Shown here in pieces: positions 57,844-64,000 of a stretch of DNA of 64,000 bases. The notes beneath the pieces were generated by a model. It ran no database searches. It was given only the letters and a program-made list of their open reading frames with translations, and was not told where the DNA came from. Origin of the DNA: Burkholderiaceae bacterium. GTDB lineage: Bacteria > Pseudomonadota > Gammaproteobacteria > Burkholderiales > Burkholderiaceae_C. Position 1 is the first letter of the stretch, and each line of letters opens with the position of its first letter. Both the position numbers and the translations under genes were made by a program. Location of the stretch: positions 6,018 through 70,017 of the forward strand of contig JBGAIH010000022.1 of NCBI GenBank assembly GCA_044225675.1, in the 5' to 3' direction.

Positions 57844-58740
57844 TCAGCCGGCCGGCGCCACCTCGTGCGCGGCCATGAGTTCGAGGGCCCGCACCAGGGC
57901 CGAGTGGTCCAGATCCTGCAGGCCGTTGGCGGCACACACCTGCATCAGCTGCGCGGCGCCCGCCGTCTGCGGCAGCGCGACGCCCAGCGTGCGCGCACCG
58001 CCGAGCGCGAGGCTCAGGTCCTTCTGATGCAGGCCGATGCGAAAGCCCGGATTGAAGGTGCGCTTGATCATGCGTTCGCCATGCACTTCCAGGATACGCG
58101 AGGACGCGAAGCCGCCCATCAGCGCCTGCCGCACCTTGGCCGGGTCGGCACCGGCCTTGCTGGCGAACACCAGCGCCTCGCCAACGGCCGCGATGTTGAG
58201 CGCCACGATGATCTGGTTGGCGACCTTGCAGGTCTGCCCGTCGCCATTGGCGCCCACGTGGGTGATGTTCTTGCCCATCAGCTCGAACAGCGGCTTCACG
58301 CGCGCAAAGCCCGCCTCGCTGGCGCCCACCATGATGGTCAGGCTCGCGGCCTTGGCGCCGACCTCGCCACCCGACACCGGCGCGTCGAGATAGTCGCAGC
58401 CAAGGGCATTGACTTTCGCGGCGAAGTCCTTGGTGTCCATGGGCGAGATGGAGCTCATGTCCACCACGGCCTTGCCGGCCGACAGGCCCTCGGCCACGCC
58501 ATCGGGGCCGAACAGCACCTTGGCCACATCCGGCGTGTCGGGCAGCATCAGGAACACGATGTCGGCGCGCTGGGCCACTTCGCGCGGGCTGGCGCACGTG
58601 ACGGCGCCGGCGTCGCTCAGCTCCTGCGCCACCTTGCTGCGCGTGTTGACGAACAGGCGGTGGCCTGCCTTGAGCAGATGCCCGGCCATGGGCGCGCCCA
58701 TGATGCCCAGGCCGATGAAGCCAAGCTGGAGTTGAGTCAT
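57844..58740 (-). CDS. garR: 2-hydroxy-3-oxopropionate (tartronate semialdehyde) reductase
   Basis: ORF 57844..59277 trimmed to ATG 58740 (MTQLQLGFIGLGIMGAPMAGHLL...DAPVSGGEVGA). Confidence 0.85.
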   Translation of the reverse strand: MTQLQLGFIGLGIMGAPMAGHLLKAGHRLFVNTRSKVAQELSDAGAVTCASPREVAQRADIVFLMLPDTPDVAKVLFGPDGVAEGLSAGKAVVDMSSISPMDTKDFAAKVNALGCDYLDAPVSGGEVGAKAASLTIMVGASEAGFARVKPLFELMGKNITHVGANGDGQTCKVANQIIVALNIAAVGEALVFASKAGADPAKVRQALMGGFASSRILEVHGERMIKRTFNPGFRIGLHQKDLSLALGGARTLGVALPQTAGAAQLMQVCAANGLQDLDHSALVRALELMAAHEVAPAG

Positions 58741-58861
58741 GATCGGATAGCCTTTCTTTCTGTTTGCATGAATGGAACGGCGCCGGAGGACGCCAGCCCG
58801 CCCGCCCCGCAGCCCCTGCACGGGCCGACCCGGCAGCGCGAAGCGGCCCGGCCCTGCGCGC

Positions 58862-59644
58862 TCAGGCGGCGTACTTGTCGCGCAGCGCCTGCGTGGCCGA
58901 GCGGAACACGCCCAGGTCGCTGCCCACGGCCACGAAGGTCGCGCCCATGGCCATGTAGCGGCGAGCATCCTCCTCCTTGGGCGCGAGAATCCCCGAGGGC
59001 TTGCCGGCGGCCCGGGCAGCGGCAAAGACGGTGGTGATGGCCGCCTGCACGTCCGGGTGGCCGGCGTTGCCCAGATGGCCCATGCCGGCTGCGAGGTCCG
59101 ACGGGCCGACGAAGATGCAGTCGACACCGTCGACCGCCGCGATCTCGGCGACCTGCGAGACGGCCTTGGCGCTTTCGATCTGCACCGCGATGCAGATCTG
59201 CTCGTTGATGCCCTCGAAATAGCCGGGCACCGTCGCATAGCGGTTGCTGCGCTGGGACACCGAGACGCCGCGCACACCCTGCGGCGGATAGCGCGTGGCG
59301 GCCACGGCGCGGCGCGCCTCGTCGGCGTTCTCCACGAAGGGAATCAGGAAGTTGTAGAAACCGGCGTCGAGCAGGCGCTTGAGCTCGACCGTGTTGTTCG
59401 ACGAAGGGCGCACCACGGGCGCGCTCGGGCTGTCCTTGAGCGCCATGAGCTGCGGGATGAAGGTGCCGACGTCATTGGGCGAATGCTCGCCGTCCAGCAG
59501 GATCCAGTCGAAGCCGGCCACGCCCAGCACCTCGGTGGTGATGGCGTTGGACAGCGAGGACCAGCAGCCGATGAGCGTCCTGCCGGCAAGCAGGTCGCGG
59601 CGGAAGCTGTTGGGAAACGGCTGATAGGGTGTCGTGGAGGTCAT
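58862..59644 (-). CDS. garL: 5-keto-4-deoxy-D-glucarate aldolase (HpcH/HpaI family)
   Basis: ORF 58862..59857 trimmed to ATG 59644 ([19 protein letters not shown]...[13 protein letters not shown]...RYPPQGVRG). Confidence 0.85.
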   Translation of the reverse strand: MTSTTPYQPFPNSFRRDLLAGRTLIGCWSSLSNAITTEVLGVAGFDWILLDGEHSPNDVGTFIPQLMALKDSPSAPVVRPSSNNTVELKRLLDAGFYNFLIPFVENADEARRAVAATRYPPQGVRGVSVSQRSNRYATVPGYFEGINEQICIAVQIESAKAVSQVAEIAAVDGVDCIFVGPSDLAAGMGHLGNAGHPDVQAAITTVFAAARAAGKPSGILAPKEEDARRYMAMGATFVAVGSDLGVFRSATQALRDKYAA

Positions 59645-59696
59645 GGAGTGTCCCTTGTTGTTCGTGGCAGAAGGCCGCAGGCGGCGCGAGATGGCG

Positions 59697-61292
59697 TCAG
59701 GTGATCGGCGCCGGATTGAACAGGACCAGGGCGTTGTGCAGCTTCCACCGCTCGGCCCAGGTCTTCTTGCGGCCGCTGGCCACGTCGAGCATGAAGCGGA
59801 ACAGTTCCCAGCCCACCTCCTCGATCGTGGCGTCGCCGTCGGCGATGCGCCCGGCATTGATGTCCATGAGGTCGTGCCAGCGCCGTGCCAGGTCGGTCCG
59901 CGTGGCGACCTTGATCACCGGCACCTGGGCCAGGCCGTAAGGCGTGCCGCGGCCGGTGGTGAAGACGTGCAGGTTCATGCCGGCGGCCAGCTGCAGCGTG
60001 CCGCAGATGAAGTCGCTGGCCGGCGTCGCGGCATAGGTCAGGCCCTTGGCGCGCAGCTTTTCGCCAGGCGCGAGCACGTTGGAGATCGGCGCCGAGCCCG
60101 ACTTGACGATCGAGCCCATGGCCTTCTCGACGATGTTCGACAGGCCGCCCTTCTTGTTGCCGGGCGTGGTGTTGGCGCTGCGATCGACCGAGCCGCGCTT
60201 CAGGTAGGCGTCGTACCAGGCCATCTCGCGGATCATGGCCTCGGCCACCTCGGGCGTGCTGGCGCGCGAGGTGAGCTGGTCGATGCCGTCGCGCACCTCG
60301 GTGTTCTCGGAGAACATCACGCTCGCTCCGGCCCGCACCAGCAGGTCGGTGGCAAAGCCGACGGCCGGGTTGGCGGTCACGCCCGAGAACGCATCGCTGC
60401 CGCCGCACTGCACGCCGACCACGAGTTCGCTGGCCGGCACCGTCTCGCGCCGGCGCGCGTTGAGGCGCTCGAGGTGCCGCGTGGCCGTGGCCAGAATGGA
60501 GTCGATCATCGACATGAAGCCGACATGGTTCTCGGACTGCAGGCACACGACGTCGAGCGCGGACGCCCCATCCGCCCCACCGGCGGGGCCGGCAGCCCCG
60601 AATGCCGGCCCGCGCTCATCGACGATCGGAAAGCTGCCAGGCGGCAGCAGCCGCTCGGGCTGGAGTTTTTCGCAACCGAGGCTGACCACCATCACCTCGC
60701 CGCCGAAGTTCGGATTGAGGCTGATGTTGCGTAGCGTGCGGATGGGGATGATCGCGTCGGGTGCGTCGATGGCGACGCCGCAGCCATAGGTGTGTTCGAG
60801 ACCCACCACGTCGTCCACGTTCGGGTAGCGCGGCAGCAGTTCCTGGCGGATGCGCTGCACCGCGAAGTCCACGACGCCTGCGACGCATTGCACCGTCGTG
60901 GTCACGGCCAGAATGTTGCGCGTACCCACCGAGCCGTCGGCATTGCGGTAGCCCTCGAAGGTATAGCCTTCCAGCGGCGGCGCGGCAGGCGGCCGCACGG
61001 TGGCGATCGGCAGGCCCTCGAGTTCGCGCGCCGGCGGCATGTCCAGCAGGCGCTCGTGCACCCAGCTGCCTGCGGCAATGGGCTTGCTGGCATGGCCGAT
61101 GACGACGTTGTAGCGACGCACGGCCTCGCCCTGGCCGATGTCCACGAGCGCGACCTTGTGCCCCTGGGGCACGCGGTCGAGCAGTCGCAGGCCATCCGCG
61201 AAGACGGCGCCAGCGTCCAGCCCGCCGTCATTGGCGACGATGGCCACGTTGTCGGCGGCGTGCATGCGGATGTACAGAGGATCGCGGCTCAT
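59697..61292 (-). CDS. garD: Galactarate dehydratase (UxaA/GarD family)
   Basis: ORF track. SAF-like N-domain (DNVAIV...GHKVAL) and a large UxaA C-domain. Confidence 0.9.
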   Translation of the reverse strand: MSRDPLYIRMHAADNVAIVANDGGLDAGAVFADGLRLLDRVPQGHKVALVDIGQGEAVRRYNVVIGHASKPIAAGSWVHERLLDMPPARELEGLPIATVRPPAAPPLEGYTFEGYRNADGSVGTRNILAVTTTVQCVAGVVDFAVQRIRQELLPRYPNVDDVVGLEHTYGCGVAIDAPDAIIPIRTLRNISLNPNFGGEVMVVSLGCEKLQPERLLPPGSFPIVDERGPAFGAAGPAGGADGASALDVVCLQSENHVGFMSMIDSILATATRHLERLNARRRETVPASELVVGVQCGGSDAFSGVTANPAVGFATDLLVRAGASVMFSENTEVRDGIDQLTSRASTPEVAEAMIREMAWYDAYLKRGSVDRSANTTPGNKKGGLSNIVEKAMGSIVKSGSAPISNVLAPGEKLRAKGLTYAATPASDFICGTLQLAAGMNLHVFTTGRGTPYGLAQVPVIKVATRTDLARRWHDLMDINAGRIADGDATIEEVGWELFRFMLDVASGRKKTWAERWKLHNALVLFNPAPIT

Positions 61293-61301
61293 GCGTGCCT
61301 C

Positions 61302-62570
61302 CTAGAAGCGCGGCTTCACGGCCGTCCAGCCGGGGCGCAGGCGCGCCATCTGCGCGACGTCGTTGCGCGTGCGCACGCGGCAGCGCTGGAAGGCTTCGTG
61401 CAGCTCGGCCAGCCGCGTGCGGTCGAGCATCACGCCCAGGCCCGGCGCGTCCGTCAGGTGCACGCAGCCGCCGGTGATCGGCACCTTGCCGCCCAGCAAC
61501 ACCTCTTCGTCCTGCCACGGGTAGTGGGTGTCGCAGGCATAGGTGAGGTTGTGCACCGATGCGGCCACATGCGTCATGGCCATCAGGCTGATGCCCAGGT
61601 GCGAGTTCGAATGCATCGACAGCCCCAGACCGAAGGCGCCACAGGTGCGCGCCAGCGCCTGCGTGGCGCGCAGGCCGCCCCAGTAGTGATGGTCCGACAG
61701 CACGATCTGCACCGAGCCCAGCGCCACGCTGCGGCGCAGCTCGTCCCAGTTGGTCACGACCATGTTGGTCGCCAGCGGCAGGCCCGTGGCCTTGTGCAGC
61801 GCCGCCATGCCTTCGAGGCCGGGGGTCGGATCCTCGTAGTACTGCAGGTCGCCTTCGAGCTTCTTCGCGATGCGGATGCTCGTGTCCATCGACCAGTTGC
61901 CGTTGGGGTCGATGCGCAGGTGAAAGCCCGGGAACGCCGCCTTGAGCGCCTTGATCGTGTCGGCCTCCAGGTCGGGATCGAACACGCCGGCCTTGAGCTT
62001 GATGCTGCGAAAGCCATGCAGGTCGATCATGCGCTGCGCCTGAGCGACGATCTGCGCTGGCGTCACCGCCTCGCCCCAGGGATCGGGTGCGTACTCAGGG
62101 TCGACAGCCGCATCGAACTTGTAGAACAGATAGGCCGAATACTCGACCGAGCGGCGCACCGCACCGCCGAGCAGTTCCACCAGCGGAATGCCCAGACTGC
62201 GCGCCTGCAGGTCGAGAAAGGCCACCTCGAACGCCGAGAACGCGCTGTTGACGAGGTTGCCGCCCAGCGAGCCGGGTGCCAGCTCCATCTCCACCGTGCC
62301 GGCCGGCCGCGCGGACGGCGCCTTCGCCAGCACCCGCGCCCACAGGCCGTTCAGGTCGAACGGGCTCATGCCCACAAGGCTGTCCTTGACGGCCTGAAGC
62401 AGTGCCAGCACTGGCGCGTCGCCATAGGTCTCCCCCAGACCGACCTGGCCGTCGGCGCCCTCGACCTCGATGATCGAGCGCAACCCGAAAGGCTCGTGCA
62501 CGCCCTGGGCATTGAGCAGCGGCGGATCGTGGATGGCGATCGGTGTGACGCGGACGGCGACGATCTTCAC
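61302..62570 (-). CDS. gudD: Glucarate dehydratase (enolase superfamily)
   Basis: ORF 61302..62609. Preferred GTG start at 62570 (VKIVAVRVTPIAIHD), after the dctM stop. KLKAGVF, DPNGNW and mandelate-racemase-type motifs. Start is uncertain. Confidence 0.85.
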   Translation of the reverse strand: MKIVAVRVTPIAIHDPPLLNAQGVHEPFGLRSIIEVEGADGQVGLGETYGDAPVLALLQAVKDSLVGMSPFDLNGLWARVLAKAPSARPAGTVEMELAPGSLGGNLVNSAFSAFEVAFLDLQARSLGIPLVELLGGAVRRSVEYSAYLFYKFDAAVDPEYAPDPWGEAVTPAQIVAQAQRMIDLHGFRSIKLKAGVFDPDLEADTIKALKAAFPGFHLRIDPNGNWSMDTSIRIAKKLEGDLQYYEDPTPGLEGMAALHKATGLPLATNMVVTNWDELRRSVALGSVQIVLSDHHYWGGLRATQALARTCGAFGLGLSMHSNSHLGISLMAMTHVAASVHNLTYACDTHYPWQDEEVLLGGKVPITGGCVHLTDAPGLGVMLDRTRLAELHEAFQRCRVRTRNDVAQMARLRPGWTAVKPRF

Positions 62571-62581
62571 GGACCCGCCCC

Positions 62582-63865
62582 TCACTTGAGCATCACGCCC
62601 GGCAGCCACAGCGACAGCGCGGGGATGTAGGTCACGGCAAACAGCACCAGCAGCAGCGCGCCAAAGAACGGATAGAGCGCACGCACCACCCTTTCAATGG
62701 GCAGCTTGGCCACTGCCGCGCCGACGAACAGCACCCCGCCAACGGGCGGCGTGATCAGGCCCATGCCCAGATTGACCATCATGATCATGCCGAAGTGCAC
62801 CGGGTCCACACCGAGCTGCTTGACCACCGGCAGCAGAATAGGCGTCATGATCAGGATCAGGGGCGCCATGTCCATCATCGTGCCCAGGATCAGCAGCAGG
62901 ATGTTGATGAGCAGCAGCACCACGTACTTGTTGCTGGACACGCTGGTGAACAGCGCGGTGATCTGCTGCGGGATCTGCATCAGCGTCATGATGTAGCCGA
63001 ACGCTGCCGCGAAGGCGATGAGGATCATGACGATCGACAGCGTCTTCACCGTGCGGTGGACCAGCTTGGGCAGCTCGCGCCACTTGTAGTCGCGGTAGAT
63101 GAACATCGTCACGAAGAAAGCCCAGATCACCGCGATGGCCGCCGACTCCGTGGCGGTGAAGACGCCCGAGAGAATGCCGCCCAGGATGATGACCATGGTC
63201 ATCAGGCCCCACAGTGCGTCAGCCGCGATGCGCAGCGCCTCGCCGATCGGCACGCGGCGGCCTTTGGGAAAGTCGCGCTTCTTCGCGATGAACAGGCACA
63301 TGATGGCCAGGGTCAGGCCGAGCAGCAGGCCGGGCAGCACGCCCGCGAGGAACAGCGCCGCGATGGAGACGCCGCCTCCGGCTGCGAGCGAGTAGATGAC
63401 CGCGTTGTGGCTAGGCGGGATCAGGATGGCCTGGACCGAACCGCTGACCGTCACCGCCGTGGCGAAGTCGCGCGGGTAGCCTTTTTTCTCCATCTCGGGA
63501 ATGAGCACCGTGCCGATCGAGGCGGTATCGGCCATCGACGAGCCCGAGATCGCGCCGAAGAAAGTCGAGGCCAGGATGTTGACCAGCGAGAGGCCGCCGC
63601 GCACGAAGCCGACCAGCACGCCAGCGAAGGCGACCAGGCGCCGCGACATGCCGCCTTCGGCCATGATGGCGCCGGCCAGCACGAAGAACGGAATCGCCAG
63701 CAGCGAGAACTTGTTGACGCCGCTGGCGATGGCGATCATCAGCGCGTCAAACGGAATGTCGATCCACCAGGCGCCGATGAGCGCCGACAGGCCCAGGGCG
63801 TAGGCCACGGGCAGGCCCAGGATCATCAGGCCCAGGAACGAGCCCAGCAAGACGAATGCATCCAT
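62582..63865 (-). CDS. dctM: TRAP transporter large permease (DctM)
   Basis: ORF track; typical DctM sequence MDAFVLLGSFLGLMILGLPVAYALG. Confidence 0.9.
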   Translation of the reverse strand: MDAFVLLGSFLGLMILGLPVAYALGLSALIGAWWIDIPFDALMIAIASGVNKFSLLAIPFFVLAGAIMAEGGMSRRLVAFAGVLVGFVRGGLSLVNILASTFFGAISGSSMADTASIGTVLIPEMEKKGYPRDFATAVTVSGSVQAILIPPSHNAVIYSLAAGGGVSIAALFLAGVLPGLLLGLTLAIMCLFIAKKRDFPKGRRVPIGEALRIAADALWGLMTMVIILGGILSGVFTATESAAIAVIWAFFVTMFIYRDYKWRELPKLVHRTVKTLSIVMILIAFAAAFGYIMTLMQIPQQITALFTSVSSNKYVVLLLINILLLILGTMMDMAPLILIMTPILLPVVKQLGVDPVHFGMIMMVNLGMGLITPPVGGVLFVGAAVAKLPIERVVRALYPFFGALLLVLFAVTYIPALSLWLPGVMLK

Positions 63866-63866
63866 G

Positions 63867-64000
63867 TCAGAGGGCCTCCGGTTCGACCGCTTTTTCGTGG
63901 TCGTAGGTGACGACGTCGCGGCCGTGCTGATGGCCCAGGGCCAGCCGCTCCAGCACGAAGATCGCGGTGATGGCGCCGCCCAGCGGCACCGGCAGATAGG
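63867..64000 (-). CDS. dctQ: TRAP transporter small permease (DctQ), C-terminal fragment at the window edge
   Basis: My translation gives ...YLPVPLGGAITAIFVLERLALGHQHGRDVVTYDHEKAVEPEAL*, ending 1 nt before the dctM ATG. Confidence 0.6.
   Translation of the reverse strand, partial: YLPVPLGGAITAIFVLERLALGHQHGRDVVTYDHEKAVEPEAL

Noticed and set aside
60792-62630. 612-aa plus-strand ORF across garD/gudD, and similar long antisense ORFs elsewhere (for example 4580..6088, 6201..7580, 7298..8584, 17578..19484, 22905..24497, 25737..27047, 32086..35327, 43732..47927, 48069..49190, 51445..54341, 55100..59037, 62795..63910)
   Set aside because: All overlap well-supported genes on the opposite strand or in another frame, and all show the same low-complexity Arg/Ala/Gly/His bias.

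Overview
This is a very GC-rich chromosomal segment. It reads like a Comamonadaceae-type (Burkholderiales) betaproteobacterium: three orphan Bug/TTT solute receptors, an EarP-type EF-P, and a pmd/lig protocatechuate 4,5-cleavage operon. All family calls come from reading the translations from memory; no searches were run.

Content, left to right:
- Housekeeping: uvrC (partial), then earP-efp.
- DUF3445-like protein, AEC permease, a tail-anchored GYF-like protein and a LOG-family protein.
- MFS transporter, rmuC, a 2-hydroxyacid dehydrogenase coupled to an ion transporter, and csbD.
- A nitroreductase/thioesterase/deacetylase operon divergent from phasin phaP.
- Patatin lipase divergent from a type-II 3-hydroxyacyl-CoA dehydrogenase, then a TTT receptor and an acyl-CoA synthetase.
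- dnaG-rpoD.
- A second LigAB-like dioxygenase downstream of an OmpR/HK pair with two LTXXQ (Spy/CpxP-like) proteins.
- Aldo-keto reductase, then the full ligC-B-A-I-K-J operon with a leaderless PBP-like gene and a divergent LysR regulator.
- Small unknown proteins and Lrp/AsnC.
- Oxidoreductase, TTT receptor and a LIV-type ABC importer, adjacent to vanB-vanR-vanA, with a divergent MetE-like methyltransferase.
- Several small secreted or basic proteins, a PGPGW protein, an EamA transporter, a small lipoprotein, and a REC protein with a degenerate cyclase-like domain.
- A GntR / cupin / TTT / GST cluster.
- garR-garL-garD-gudD with TRAP dctMQ (partial at the right edge).

I found no rRNA, tRNA, CRISPR array, transposase, integrase, phage genes or recognisable defence genes. 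The only compositional departures are short AT-rich promoter patches.

I cannot point to a clear-cut novel system. The best leads are:
- the LTXXQ-pair / two-component / LigAB-paralogue block (24.2-28.4 kb);
- the REC pseudo-cyclase protein (53.3-54.4 kb);
- the leaderless PBP-like gene heading the pmd operon (34.7-35.4 kb);
- the MetE-like gene sharing a palindrome-bearing control region with vanA (48.0-49.3 kb);
- the GntR / atypical-cupin / TTT / GST cluster (54.4-57.8 kb).

Most long ORFs in the six-frame track are GC-driven shadow ORFs.
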